A stretch of DNA of 64,000 nt from Sphaerodactylus townsendi (Eukaryota): assembly GCF_021028975.2 (NCBI RefSeq), contig NC_059429.1, positions 38,564,001-38,628,000 on the forward strand, in the 5' to 3' direction. Of the stretch, positions 1-13,131 are shown one piece after another (position 1 is the first letter of the stretch; every line of letters starts with the position of its first letter). The position numbers were made by a program, and so were the translations under genes. The notes below the pieces were generated by a model. That model was not told where the DNA came from. It did not search any database and saw only the letters and a program-made list of their open reading frames with translations.

Positions 1-2895
1 ATCTAAAAGTGCCCGTTGCCCCATCAATCTCCCAAATGGACCCCAGCTGGGGCATGGGACCAGAACGGCAACACCAGCAGCCAGCAGAACAACAGTGAAA
101 CTAGTAATAATCTGGGTGAACTTGCTGTAAACCTGGATCCCCAATTCAACCTCCAAGGGAATCTTTGGACCAGGGCCAAAACCATTCAGGCCGATATTTT
201 AACTGCAAATGCCTTCTGGGGAAGGGGCAACGCAGAACCCAGATTTTCAAATATGGCACCCACAGCCCTGTTTTCTGCCATTTTCTCCCAGCATAACACT
301 AATTAGGCATCTCAGCAGTGGTGTCTTCTCAGCCTGCTGGCAACAGCCTACCAACCCCAGCATGGAAATATGAATCACAATCAATCCCCTCCCAACACTG
401 ATCTCAGGTGTGTGGAGGGGGGGGGTGATGATCAGCCAGTGCTGAGTCTCTGGGATTGGAGAGATTGTTCCAATCCTCCACAGGAGAGGAGGAAGCCATT
501 CCCAGGCGGCACGAGAGGCGGAGACACAGAACCTCACCTGACTGCGATTATGGGTTGGAGGAGGAATCTTCTAGCAAGGATCCCTCAAGACTCCCAAACC
601 AAAAAAGGAACCAAAACAGCAGGCACCAATTTCAAAACAACCAGAATGGTCCTGGGACAAATCTCCACCCCACTGATTATAGACCCCGAATCAGATAAAG
701 GCAAAGGGTCTGGAAAGGAGTCAGAACAGTGATGCCTCATCGATGCTATTCCAACCTGAACACTTTCAGAAGTTGCTGTAAAAAGTAGTTGTGATCTAAA
801 CTACCAAACTGATACACCAGATTAACCTGCAAATAAATCCACAAAACTGAACTCAAGAGGCTTCAAAGCCCGCCCCCCCCCCCCCCGCCAACACACACAC
901 AAAATGCCTTTTTTCAGAAACATTTGATATAGTGATAAAATCTGAATGTGCAAACTTTGGTAAAATGCCTTAACAAGAGCCATAGCAAAAAAAAAAGCTG
1001 CCACCAGAAGCTATGGAATGCCTAAAGGTCCCCCTAGTGGATGCTCCCATTGCGGCATTATATTCAGGTGCAATGCTCTCCAAGGATGGGGATAATGCCC
1101 TAAAAGACCAATTTGAAAAGATAAACAAAACAGCTCCCAAGAGAGCTCATGAAGCCACACTGCTTGCTATTAGAGCATCAGTGGTATTATCTAATTTTAC
1201 TAGAGCAGTAATTATATGAGCTGACGATATGCTGCAAGATACAGGCATGGACTCCTGACTTACAAGAGATCTTTATTAAAAATAAAAAAGCAGCACAATT
1301 TGCATCAGATGGATCTTAGGATGCAATTCAGTTCAATGCCAGATCACAGTCAGTGAATATTTTAGTGCACAGGAAACTCTGTCTAAAAAACTGGAAAGTA
1401 GACTTCATGAGGTCAAACCTGTCCACAGAAAAGTGTGCAGGTAGACTCTTCTTTTGTGACACCAGTCTTGAAAAAGTCCTGATTGAGAACAAGGACAAAA
1501 GGAAGGCCATGCCATTGTCTTCGGCATCCACATCTAAGGAGAAAGAATACAAAACCAAGCACTTCCTTTTGCTCATACAGATCTCAAAGAAGCAGAGATC
1601 ACAAGGACTTCAGCTACAATAGAATGTCCAACTACAGAGCAAGAGGGTCAAGAAAGTAGTTTCATAAAAATAAAGAAGACAAAAATCAAACTTCCAAGGG
1701 TGCATCTACCTGACTGCTCAATAGGAAGAAGACTCACTCTCCAACCAGTGGATATTAAAAATAATTCAAAACAGTTACAAAATAGAATTTAAAAGCACTC
1801 CACCTTACCTGTTTCAGAACTCTCCAGCCCCACAATCAGAGCAACAAGCAAAAATATTGTGGGAAGAGGTGAATCACTTCATAGATACTGGAGTAAAACA
1901 GGTCCCATAGGAAGAGAAATTCAAACTGGTTTCCTCCTATTCATATTCCCCCTATTCGTAGTACCCAAAACGTCAGGGGAATAGAGAGCAATATTAAATC
2001 TAAAAAGACTAAACAGATGGGTGAAGAAAAGGATATTCCAGATGGAATCACTAAAAACCTTCCTTCAAACAATTCAAAGACACAACTGGCTGGCCTCCTT
2101 GCACTTGAAGACAAGTATTTCTCACATATAATGGGATTCCTGATCTCCACTATAGAGACAGTTCCCTGGAGCAGATTCAACACAACAGCTCTTCAGTGGA
2201 CATTACTCCCCACCAGAAAATGATAGGTCAGGGGCGGGGAGATTCCCTTGCCTTTCAAGCTGTGAAGATCACGGTTTTGGACACAAATATACAAGCTAAA
2301 TCAAAGAGTGCTGTTCCTCCAAACACAGCTCTTAGTAATCACAACAGATGCCAGCAAATAGAGCTGGGGAGCCAATTTCCAGTCAGACTTGACAGAGGCC
2401 CTATGGTCCGACCAAGAAAAACTGTACAGCATTAACTGGCTGGAATTCAGGGTGATCAGGAAAGGTTTCCTAGCTTTTGATAACCTGATCTGGGAAAATC
2501 CATACTAATCACAACAGACAACACAACAGCAAAAGCTCATGTAAACTGACAAGGGGAAACAAAAGCTCTGACTCAACACATAGAGGCAAAAAAAATGTTT
2601 CAGTGCGCAGAGATCCATGGCCTAGACATGAAAGCTTATCACATAAGAAACATCCAGGGAGACTGGATCAGCCCGGACCCAAACAGACTACAGGGAATGG
2701 GTGTTCAACAAATCAGTATTTAGGGAGATAGTATACAAATTCAGCCTTCCAGTGGTGGACATATTTGCATCCAACAAAAACAATCAGGTACCCTGATACC
2801 CGCTAAAAGTCAAAGACAAGAGAGCTGGAGGAAGGGACTCCTTTCTGAAAAACTGGCCAGGAGACCTCCTTTACACGTCTCCTCCAACTCCTCCA

Positions 2896-4079
2896 TTGGG
2901 AAAACTTCTCAGAATCAAGAAGGAAAAGGCATCAAGTAATAGTAGTAACATCATTCTGGCCAAGGAGACGGTGGTTTTTGGAACTCATTCAAATGTCTCA
3001 GCAACCTCCATGGCATCTACTTCCGAGGCAGGATCTACTCCAACAAGAACCAGTTCTGCATCAGGATTTGCCTTGGCTAAATCTGACAGCCTGGTATTTG
3101 AAAGGACTTATTTAAAAGGGGCAGGATTCTCAGTGGAAATAATAGAAATTATGGTTCAAGCCAGAAAACCACTAGGGAAATTTATAACCATACATGACTA
3201 GTGTTTAAGAGATGGGTCAAGGAAAATAGCATTACTCCAAAATCCCCATCTGTTAAGGATATTATACAGTTCCTTATGGAAGGCTGGGGAAAGGGTCTAA
3301 AACCCAACACTCTGAGGTAATAAGTGGCAGCTCTGTTAGCCGTACTTTATCTCAAAGGAATAAAAAATAACAACAGCTTTATCAAGAAATTCCTAAAAGG
3401 AACAATTCGTTTCCCCATGTGAAATCTGATCAAAGTCTTACAAGCATTAACAAAACAATCATTTGAGCCTCTGAAATCCATAAATTTAAAATTCTTATCA
3501 TGGAAAGTAGCTTTCCTAATAGCCATAACATCTGCCAGAAGGGTTTCAGAGCTAAGTGCACTATCTGTGAGGAAAGAATTGTATATTTTTACAAAGAGTC
3601 TATAAGCCTAAGAACAGATCCTTCCTTTCCATCGAAGGTGACATCTGGCTTCCATATAAATCAACAGGTAAACCTCCCTCCTTTCTGTCCAAAATCAGTG
3701 CAACCGAAAGAGCTGGATGTCAAGAGGGTTCTAAATGTTTACCTGGAAAGAACAAAAGAGTTTCATCGGTCAGATTCTCTTCTTGTACTGAATGGATCAA
3801 ACAAACTAGGCAAAAAGGCCTCAAAGACCTCTATAGCACAGTGGATTAAACTGTGCAGAAAACAAGACTGCGATTCTCAAGGGCTACACTGTGCTGCCAG
3901 CATTTATGCCCATTCAACCAGGGCATCTGCAACTTATGACCAGAGCACCAATAGAAGAAATCTGTTGAGCTTTGACATGGTCTACTTTTTCTACATTCAT
4001 TAAGCATTACAGAATCGACCAGATCAACTCTGCCGAGGCAGTATTTGGAAGAAGGGTCTTACAGTGCATACTGACTTAA
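2896..4079 (+). pseudogene. Tyrosine recombinase of DIRS copy A (frameshifted, with stops)
   Basis: LSWKVAFLIAITSARRVSELSAL, TDPSFPSKVTSGFHINQQVNLPPFCP, LDVKRVL..YLERT, HSTRA, TFIKHYRIDQ..VFGRRVLQ, TAA at 4077-4079. Confidence 0.88.
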
Positions 4080-4215
4080 TAGGAAGTTAAATTTATTGTT
4101 ATACATATGCAGCTATGATACATAATCAGTCTGGATGATGGAACCCCATTGCAGTAGAACAACACCTTGGGCTTACAGTAAGAGTGTCTTGTCTTCACAG
4201 AGAGAAAGGGGAGGA

Positions 4216-4543
4216 GAGGAGCAGAGTGGCGTAGGAGGTTAAGAGCTCGTGTATCTAATCTGGAGAAACCGGGTTTGATTCTCCGCTCTGCCGCCTGAGC
4301 TGTGGAGGCTTATCTGGGGAATTCAGACTAGCCTGTGCACTCCCACACATGCCAGCTGGGTGACCTTGGGCTAGTCACAGCTTCTTGGAGCTCTCTCAGC
4401 CCCACCTACCTCACAGGGCGTTTGTTGTGAGGGGGTAAGGGCAAGGAGACTGTAAGCTCCTTTGAGTCTCCTGCAGGAGAGAAAGGGGGGATATAAACTC
4501 AAACTCCTACTCCTCCTACTCCTACTCCTTCTTCTTCTTCTTC
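4216..4543 (+). mobile_element. tRNA-derived SINE (Squam3-like) inserted in the ICR of DIRS copy A
   Basis: A-box TGGCGTAGGAGG, B-box GGTTTGATTC, body GCTGGGTGACCTTGGGCTAGTCACAG, (CTT)n tail; closely similar to the copy at 63272. Confidence 0.88.
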
Positions 4544-4997
4544 AGTAGGGCAAAGTTATCCATTTTCCCACTACAAGAAGGGAACTATCAAAAAAAAGAG
4601 TAGAAATTATGAATAGCGGAGCTCTAAGACAGCTGGAACAGCCAGCCCCTTAGCATCCAGGAGAGCTTGCAAACAATTTACAAAGCCCTGCCTGTAGCGA
4701 AGGGGGTGTGACCTAACCAGTCTGGATTACTTCTCCCCACTGAAGATAAGCACCTTCAAGGTAAGCACAAGGTATTGTTACTTGAGTCAAAATGGAACCA
4801 GGTTGCTGACACTTAATAGACAAAAAAAAAAGAGAGCAGCTTTTAAATTAACCTTTTGAGGAAACCATTAAGACCTGAGAAAAATTTTGGTTCAGGAGAG
4901 CCTGTCCCTCATGAAAGACCGCATAAATGATCCAGATCATCTAAGTGGCAATGGAAGACGCTGATGAACATAGGAAATGACAATCACTTAAAGTGAG

Positions 4998-5548
4998 TGT
5001 AACCTCAGCTTGTGGGTTCTGTGGGGCAGTACTTGGAATGAGCTGCAACAACAATTTTTAAACAACAAAATGGTTTACTTTTCTTTACAATTAACACTTT
5101 TAAAACATCAACATTTAACGTTACAATTCAAGGTCCTGTTCAGGTTGCATTTCAAGTCCTTCTATTTACAGTCTACTGATATTGCCAAGTCCAAATCTTC
5201 TTTGCAAGTTGGCTGGCTCCTGAAGACTCCAAGGGCTTGATGAACAGGTTGCAACATGATGAAGGTCTCCAGGAGAACTCTCACCCATTACAACCACAAA
5301 AGAAAACCCTGAAACAATAAACTCCAACATTTACAACATAGCAAAAACAACAACTACCTTCCCAGTAGTTTCCAACAATATTGCAATTACCTTAACAAGG
5401 TGTTAAGGGCTTATAGAAATCAAGGTCCGAGTCTGGTAGCCTTGTTCTTCTGCAAAAGAGCTCTTTCAGCCTCTCTGCTGCTCCGAGTCTCCACCCCTTA
5501 CTGGGTCAACCCATTCTGGGCCAACCCATTCTGGGCATGGGGGTTACA
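4998..5548. mobile_element. Solo LTR (Gypsy/ERV-type)
   Basis: Inverted termini TGTAACC...GGTTACA with a 4-bp target duplication TGAG (4994-4997 and 5549-5552). Confidence 0.75.
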
Positions 5549-6312
5549 TGAGCAGGAGGGGAAATGCACATGCAAAGGACATTGGAGAAGGGACACAACA
5601 AGTAACTATTTAATGCTAGAAGCTAAAACAAACAAGTTACTTGGCGGGAAATGAAAATACAGATATTCAATGTTTCAGAACCTTGAGGGAACAGAGAGAA
5701 TCCGTGAGATGCAATTATCCTTTAATATAAATGATACAGAAAGGAATATATTGGTTGTTTTGTGCTTCAAAGAGGGCGTACAGACCAATAAATGGGAAAA
5801 CTTTAGGGGAATAAACTCCCTTACAAAACCTTTGCAGGTGGAAACCACAGTCTTGAGCAGTAGATTAGCACTGGAGAAATACTATCCACCCTTACCCCTA
5901 ATCAAAATTGTAAGACTGATCCTGAAATGGAGAAAGAAATAAGGAAGGCTGCTGGAGTAGAACATGTTGTAAAAAAAAGTGACCTCAGCTGTCACAGCAA
6001 TTTACTGGGTAAATGTATGTTCCAGTTGCAACAAAAGGAAAAAGAAGCAAGTACCATAAATCATTGTGTCCTGAAACAGTTGGTTATGGAACAACTCAGG
6101 GTGGCTTGTATATATGGACTTAATCCTGAGTGCTGCCTAGTATCTAGTACAATGTGTTTTTGAACCCGTTTGGATCAGTAACTACAAACTGAATATGTAT
6201 GCAAGTGGCTATCCTACTGTACGTAAACTGGTGAAAAGCATGATTGAAAACAGAGGGCTGCATCCAAAGATATTATTCCACCAATGTAATGGCACATGCC
6301 AGTGGAATGGCA

Positions 6313-6314
<2 letters not shown>

Positions 6315-6409
<95 letters not shown>

Positions 6410-6460
6410 GCTTAAAAACCGCCCTCCTCCTAGGGGCTCAGGGTGGTGAACAACAATTTT
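6315..6460 (-). repeat. (GATT)n microsatellite forming the tail of an L2-type LINE 3' end
   Basis: About 23 GATT units (6315..6407) followed by CCGCCCTCC..GGGCTCAGGGTGGTGAACA; the same 3'-end motif occurs at 61140-61180. Confidence 0.75.
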
Positions 6461-7051
6461 AAAACATACTTTAAGACACAGTATAAAATCAACTCAATAT
6501 ATTCTCAATATACTTTTATACTTTTGGGGAGGGGGATTTGTCAATTCTCTCCTCCCACTGCAGCTTTCTCCTGCTGTTTGTGAGGGTTCCGTGATCCCCA
6601 GGAGCAGGATTTTGAGGTGGGGTCTGCAGCAAGAGGAGGAGGCAGGGAAGTCTTGTTTGTGCCACTTGAGCTTTTGTTGTATTCATCTCCAAATTATTGA
6701 GCATGAAGAAGAGTGTGCCTTGTTGCAGAAGAAACAGCATGGCTTTGCAAAGAATAATCCTGCTTCATTGGCCTTGACTTTAAAACATTCTTTTGAGAAT
6801 TCTTCTTCAAAATGTTCTGATTAGACACAGCCATCAAGGAGATCAGAGGACAGCTCCTGTCATGGACTGGTAACTTTTTGAACTACAAGAAACAGGGGGG
6901 GTAGTTCTTACAATAAAGGGAAATAATCCACAGGGTATCTCAAGGATCTTTTGGGGGACTAATGCCATGTAACTTGTTCATAAACTACCTGAAGGCAGAA
7001 TTGGTGGTGAGATGTTTGAACATTTACCAGTACGGTAGCTCTGTGTAGTAT

Positions 7052-7346
7052 AGCATAATGTAGTGGTTAAGAGAAGCAAACTCTGATCTGGAGAACTGGG
7101 TTTGATTCTCTACCCCTCCACACAAGCAACAGACTCTTATCTGGTGAACTGAATTTATTTCCCCACTCCTACACATGCAGCTTGCTGGGTGACCTTGGCC
7201 TAGTCACAGTTCTTTCAAACCCTCTCAGCCCCATCTACCACAAAAAGTGTCTGTTGTGGGGAGAGGAATGGAAGGAGTTTGTAAGCCATTTTGAGACTCC
7301 CTCCCAGAGAGAAAGGAGGGGTATAAATCCAAACTCTTCTTCTTCT
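7052..7346 (+). mobile_element. Squam3-like tRNA-derived SINE
   Basis: TGTAGTGGTTAAG, GGGTTTGATTC, conserved body and CTT tail. Confidence 0.85.
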
Positions 7347-7356
7347 ATGCACACAG

Positions 7357-7540
7357 GTGCCATCAAGTCTCAACCCAACTTATGGCAACCCCAACAAGGG
7401 GCTTTTATAGCAAGTGAGAACCAGATGTGGTTTGCCATTGCCTGCCTTTGCAGAGCCTTCCTTTCTGGTCCCCTCCAAGGACCAGCCCCGCTTAGCATCC
7501 ATGAACTGAAGAGATTGGGCCATACCATGCCACCATTATT
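7357..7540 (-). mobile_element. 5S/Sauria-type SINE fragment
   Basis: Reverse complement of GGCAGGCAATGGCAAACCAC...TTGATGGCAC, shared with the copies at 31798, 38110 and 38605. Confidence 0.65.
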
Positions 7541-8289
7541 CAGGAGGGTGAAAACTTAAGCAGGCTGTGAAGAGCTTCAAAAGCACCTCTCCCCCCTGGA
7601 TGAGAGGGCAAGAGAGTGGCGAATGAGGTTCAATGAGAGTAGGGGTTAAGTGATTTACTCTGGAGCACAGAATCCTTTCTTGTCTTTTCCCCATTAAGTC
7701 TGAACAAATCAGAAAATAGAATTTGTAGCCACAGTGGACAAGCCAGTGAGACATTAAAAAGGGCAAATTCTGTGCTAGATATTATTTGGGATTAAAAATA
7801 AAATAGCTAGCACCCTAATTCCTTTACACAAATCTGTGATATGATTACATATGGAGTACAAGGCAGACCTTTAATGACTCTACCTTTAAAAAAATTGCAC
7901 ATCTGGGAAAGGTGCAAGGAAAGAGTAAAACATTTTATCCAAATAGGATACATCAGGGAAAAATACAACTGTGGAGATATGACTATTGGTTATGACATGT
8001 AAGGGAAAAATTAATTATTATATGGAATACTTTTTATTTTCTATTTGTACAGATGATACATAATCAACAAGTATAATTATGAAGGGTACTTTGAAGTACT
8101 GGGCAAGAGAACTAGATCATTTATTTGGTGTTCTTCAATAAAAACAAGTCAAAAGCCTTGCGTTTATTTTTATAAGTAATTAATATGCACTGGATATTGT
8201 AAGGAAATGTAACTGTTTGAGTCCATATTTTTTTAAATGTTGTTATTTGTTGAACTGGAATAAAGGTTCTGGGGGGGGAATAAAAAGGG

Positions 8290-8490
8290 TATAAAGCATT
8301 TGAGGTGCTTTAGTTTTGGACAGAAAGATAAGGAAGAGAACAGTTTTCAAAAATTATGCATGTTGTGGAGACAGTAGAGACACCTTTCTTGTCTTTCATA
8401 TAATATAACAACTTAGGTCACCAATGAAATTGATGAGCGGTAGATTTGGATCATTAAAAAAAGAAAACTTCATTGCACACATATTGTGTG
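8290..8490 (+). mobile_element. Old CR1 LINE 3' fragment
   Basis: Degenerate similarity to the CR1 at 18690-18890 (AAAATTATGCATG..GGTCACCAATGAAATTGATG). Confidence 0.55.
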
Positions 8491-8667
8491 TATGTGTGTG
8501 TGTGAAGTGGTGTCAAGTAATGCTTGGGATTACTGTGGGGAGAAGCAATGCAGGGCTAAGATTGGGGAGACCCATGTTCAAAGGCCGGTAGACACCAGGG
8601 TATGGCAACTTGTGTGAAGGTGGTACAGAGGGAAAGCTGCCCTGGACCACCTGTGGTGGCAGGGGTG

Positions 8668-8834
8668 NNNNNNNNNNNNNNNNNNNNNNNNNNNNNNNNN
8701 NNNNNNNNNNNNNNNNNNNNNNNNNNNNNNNNNNNNNNNNNNNNNNNNNNNNNNNNNNNNNNNNNNNNNNNNNNNNNNNNNNNNNNNNNNNNNNNNNNNN
8801 NNNNNNNNNNNNNNNNNNNNNNNNNNNNNNNNNN
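8668..8834. other. Assembly gap (167 N)
   Basis: Run of N. Confidence 1.
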
Positions 8835-9149
8835 GGCTATGTGCATGGATGAACATTTGAATCTCCAGACTACAGAGATCAATCAGTCCCCTGGAAAAAA
8901 AATACCTGCTTTGGAGAGTGCTTTGCCACTGTGCCCCGCTGAGGGGGGGGGGGGTGTTTGTTTTTGCTCCTGGCTCAACCTCCAAATTTCCAGGGCTTTC
9001 TCAAGCCAGAGTTGGCAGCCCTATAGAAAAGTGTGCTTTCAAACCAAACTCTGCCATGGAGCTCCCTGGGTGACCTTGAGCCTAACACTCACCCTAACCT
9101 ACCTCACAGCGTTGTTCTGGAAATAAAATGTAGGAGGGGAGAACATTGT

Positions 9150-10340
9150 AAACTGATTACTGTTTGTTTCTGTGCAGCGCTTTCCCCGCACACGGTTTGG
9201 ATCCTCGGCTTTCTTCAGCTTGAATCCAGGCAGAAACTTCTTAAAATTGCTGTTAAATTCTTTCGGATACCTCTGTACTTTGGGGGTGTTTTTATGACGA
9301 TCCTCAGAACTGAATCCATGGCGGAAACAGAGCAGGACCAGATCTTTCCAGGAGCTTTAACGTAAAGATTATATTGGGCCCTCGTCCTTGGTGCAGTAGG
9401 CAAGGCGATCCAATTTGGCATTGATCCGTTCAGTTCAAGGCGAATTAGGCCCGGAATCAAGCTCAGAATGCCCTGAAAACGTTCGAAACCATAGATCGAG
9501 ATAAATAAGGGGTGGGGAGGCGGGGGTCGCTCATTCCCAGCACAGGGGTGGGGGGAGAAGGAGGACGAAGTTCTGCCTTGACCAGGAAGCACAACAGCAG
9601 CCTACAGAGGAGGGGCGGGTTTGCAGGCTTCGGCACAGCCCCTTTTGCGGTCGTCTCACGTTGCGAGCTGCGATGAGTGTTTTCGATTGCAATTGAATCA
9701 ACTCGCGCAAGAGCACAGATCGGCTCCATTCAATTCCGTCGGGCGCAGTTTTTAACGAGGACTCCCGCGTGGATTTAAGCTGACGATGGGTATTGATTGC
9801 TGGTAAGAGGACAATTCGGATTCCCGGTCGGTGTCGGAAAGAGACTTCACTGCTGCAGCCCTCGTTTAGACAATGGCGCGTTACGGTACTTAAGGGGATG
9901 CGAACCGGTTCTGGCGTAAACAAAGGCTCGTTCCGCACAGCATATTTATAACGAGTTGCAGTCGTAAATGAACTCGGTTTCCCTTTTTATAAATGGTCAG
10001 AGATTATTTGGGATGTGCCGTGGAGGAGATTTAGGCTGCCGTCCTAAAGACGCTTTCATAGGAGGAAGCGTCCATGAATAAATTGGGGCTTACTTCTGAG
10101 TAAACCTGTCTAGCATCGGTTTAGTTTAGTATTTGAAACGATGGCAATTCTGTTTATTGACCTTACCTTTAAAACCGGGGGGGGGGGGGCGATCCCCGAG
10201 AACATTGGGACGCTTTGATATTGTTCGCTGATAGGTTGCATACTCTGACAATTGATAGCGTCGGCCATGCGGGTCGGAAGAGGGGCAGGGAGGCCAGACC
10301 CTGCACCGGCTTAAGGGGCAAGAAGAACATCGCTGGGAAT
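9150..10340 (+). promoter_or_regulatory. EXTL2: CpG island, probable EXTL2 promoter and non-coding first exon
   Basis: Sharp rise in CpG density about 3 kb upstream of the ATG exon; GC box GGGGCGGG at ~9612; G-tracts 9509-9555; candidate donor TG|GTAAGA at 9802/9803. Confidence 0.7.
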
Positions 10341-11384
10341 TCTTCTGCTCATTCGTCCCTCAGCCACTTGAGGTTACCTGAAAGCTGCATCCTCAAGACC
10401 CTTGTGTCTTAGCCAGACAGTGCAATCCTATGCATATAATAATTCTGGAACTGAGCTTACTCTCAGGTTAAGGATGGATAGGCTAATGCAATATAAGATC
10501 TTTCTGCTTTACTCAAGGTTTATTCCAGTTTCTGCTGGCATAAATCTTGTTTATCTTTCAGGTGCTACTGGGCCCGTTTTGTTTTGCCCATGTTATGCAA
10601 CAGAGAGAAGAGAGTCTACCTGCCCCATTTACCATGCTTCAGATGATGTTTTCTCTGCATCAGCACAAGCCTCCCTTTATACTTTCATACTTGCAACAGC
10701 CACTAGGATCTGACTGTAAATTGAAAAGCTCAGTCTGTGTTAACTCAGAAGTCGCGTTGCACTCAAGGGAACCTTCTTAGTAAGTGTGCTTAGGATTGCA
10801 ATCCTTGGATCACAAGTGTGCTTGAGGCATGACCTGCCATCCTCCACTGCACATACCTATACATAAGAGTAAGCCTTGTTGAGATCGATAGGGAACTGTT
10901 CCCATGCACAAGATCAGACTGTTCATCTAACATACCGGTAATGGGCACATGAGTTAATAGATACATAATAATAGATACATAACGGGCCATGAGTCTAAGC
11001 AGATTCATATGAAAATAAGATTGAAGGAAGTTAGCAAAATGCATTTTAGCAAACGTACTAACTTGACAGGCTTCACTGAATTTTCATTACAATTTCATCA
11101 TGTGTGATTTGCTCAAGGTTATGCTGAAAATCAGCTGCAAAGCAAGACATCAATCTGTGCCTGGTCGACTGCCTAAATAAAAAGACCTGAGATGAGGCTT
11201 AGGTCTATATGACTAACATTCGTGTTTAGCTTCCCTAGAAAAGGGAACAAATCCACCGTGATCTCCTGCTGTGTTTCCACTTAAAATAAAACCACCCAAT
11301 GAGCAAAGTAAACAAAGAAATTGAAAGAATGAAATCATCTGTTCCACTAATACTGAAATGTTAACCTTGTAGATAGTATGCATA

Positions 11385-11550
11385 AGTCAAGTCATGACCA
11401 ATTTATGGCAATCCCAGCAAGGGGCTTTCAAGGCAAGTGAGAAGCAGAGGTGGTTTGCCATTACCTTCCTCAGCAGAGCTTTCCTTGGTGGACTTCCTTC
11501 CAAGTATTGACCCTGCTTAGTTTCTGGGATCAACAAGATTTGGTTTATAC
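11385..11550 (-). mobile_element. 5S/Sauria-type SINE fragment
   Basis: GGTTTGCCATT and GACCCTGCTTAGTTTCTGGGATC (reverse complement of the 5S-like head). Confidence 0.65.
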
Positions 11551-13126
11551 CTTGTTGCCTTTCCTCTCCCTGTAGGAGCCTTTCATTAATACAGGAGGGT
11601 CCTGGAATGGGGGGGGGGGGGGGAAGACTTCCTGTGCTGAAGGAAAATGGCATCTTTAGTGGGAGGGGTATGTAGCATAGGATGTTTAACATTAGTCCGA
11701 ATCTTGATTCTAAGCATATTTGCTGGTAAACCTGCAGGTAGATGTATAACACAAGTATAAGTAATACTATGATCTTTCACATTAATTGGAAGAAATTGAA
11801 GGACCGGGAACTGCTATAGAAAAGGTTTTAACTGTATTAAGAGATCTTCAAAGGATTGCGCTTTCTTTCTAAGCATCTTTTAAAGGGTACCATTCCCAGC
11901 ACCATTCGAAGCTTCAAATCCTAAATGATCAGCCAGTAGTGGTTAGAGGAACACCTTTTCCATGTGAATTTGCCTGATAGCCGCAATTATCATTGAATGT
12001 CCTTTTCTGTCTTCCCCTATCTTTGGAAGTAGTAGCAACCCAATAAGGAACTCCCTTTCTAGACCATTTCTGTTATTGTTTAGACAGCAAGCAGCATCTG
12101 TGCTATTCAAAGTTTTTGATGGGAGCCTTAGGAGATTTGTTTGTTTTGTTCACTGTTTTTAAATTGCTACCTCAAAGTGCTTTTAAAAATGTTAACTATG
12201 TTTATTTCTGGATATTTAATACAATTGACTGTTGCTACTCCTTATGTTGTTTTATAATTCTTGTATAGTTTTTGATTTTTGTAAGGCCTCCTGAACTTCA
12301 AGTCTGGCAGGGAAATGGGGCAAAAATGTTTCAGATGAGTATAGCTAATAATGGCAACATTGCATCATTTATAAATATGACTTTTTCTTCAGGCTGGCTG
12401 TTAGGTTCTCCCAAAAGGAGGGGGGGAAGAAAATATATTCTTTGTTCCCCATTATCAATATTTGGGGGAGGGAAGAGGGCAAGGAAAGATCTTTCCACTG
12501 GCTGAACTCTCTTCCATCAGTAGGAATTTACTGTTAGGATTCAAGCACAATACCTATTGTGTTTATAGATAGCCCATTCATTATTTTGATTGAAAATATT
12601 TGAATGCTGCAACTCAACAAAAAAGAAAGGGCCACATGAACCAAGAAAGCACATAATTCATTGTATCACATACCAATTTGGCTTTTGCTACCAGTATACC
12701 AAAAAAACGCTACCATGTTATTGAAAAACAACGTTTTTGTTGTTTGCTATCCTTTAATTATATAGACTGGCTTAGCTCCAGTGATATAGTGATGTGCCAA
12801 ACCTTATTAGTTCATCCTTGTCTTTATATTCAGTTCAGTGCCCTACTTCTAAGGGAGAAGGGCAAGGAAATCCCGTTCTGCTGGCTGAACCCTTTACCAT
12901 CAGTGGGAGTTTACTGCAGGATTCAAGTCAATATCTTGAACCTGCCCAGGCTGTTGATAGCCCGTTAATATCCATCATGACTACCAATGTCTTTTTCTCT
13001 ATGTTTCCAACTATGCAGTAAGCAGACAGTCACCTTTGGGAATGTGTGACCATGTATTATTTTCATTTTCCCACAGAACTAAAGGTTACACCAAGCAGTT
13101 CCTAACATAAAGCTTCCATTGCAGGA

Positions 13127-13131
13127 ATGAG
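13127..13131 (+). CDS. EXTL2: EXTL2 first coding exon (exon 13077..13131; only ATGAG is coding)
   Basis: Acceptor ttttcccacAG at 13076 and donor ATGAG|gtgagt; splicing to 15563 gives M-R-F-Y-H-T-C-K-L-P-G-R, matching the vertebrate EXTL2 N-terminus (human MRCCHICKLPGR). Confidence 0.8.

Larger units (their letters stand above)
1..4779 (+). mobile_element. Decayed DIRS1-like tyrosine-recombinase retrotransposon (copy A); left end lies outside the window
   Basis: Interrupted frames give Gag-like PLVDAPIAALYSG (1013..1219), RT start, MT-like VDIFAS..LLYTSPP (~2755-2890) and YR motifs SARRVSEL, HSTR (3911) and FIKHY (Tyr 4008-4010). The right end 4723..4779 is the diverged reverse complement of an ICR at 4158..4197 plus 4544..4562 and ends in GTT. 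Confidence 0.9.

Noticed and set aside
4216-4290. tRNA genes at SINE heads
   Set aside because: A/B boxes run directly into SINE bodies; no cloverleaf
6516-6884. Minus-strand exon-like segment after a good acceptor at 6883
   Set aside because: All frames are short with no recognisable protein and no clear donor
8556-9126. ORFs spanning the N run
   Set aside because: Artefacts of the assembly gap
9215-9592. Minus-strand ORF as SLC30A7 exon 1
   Set aside because: Only a superficial KTPPK resemblance; no match to the conserved N-terminus and no further exons
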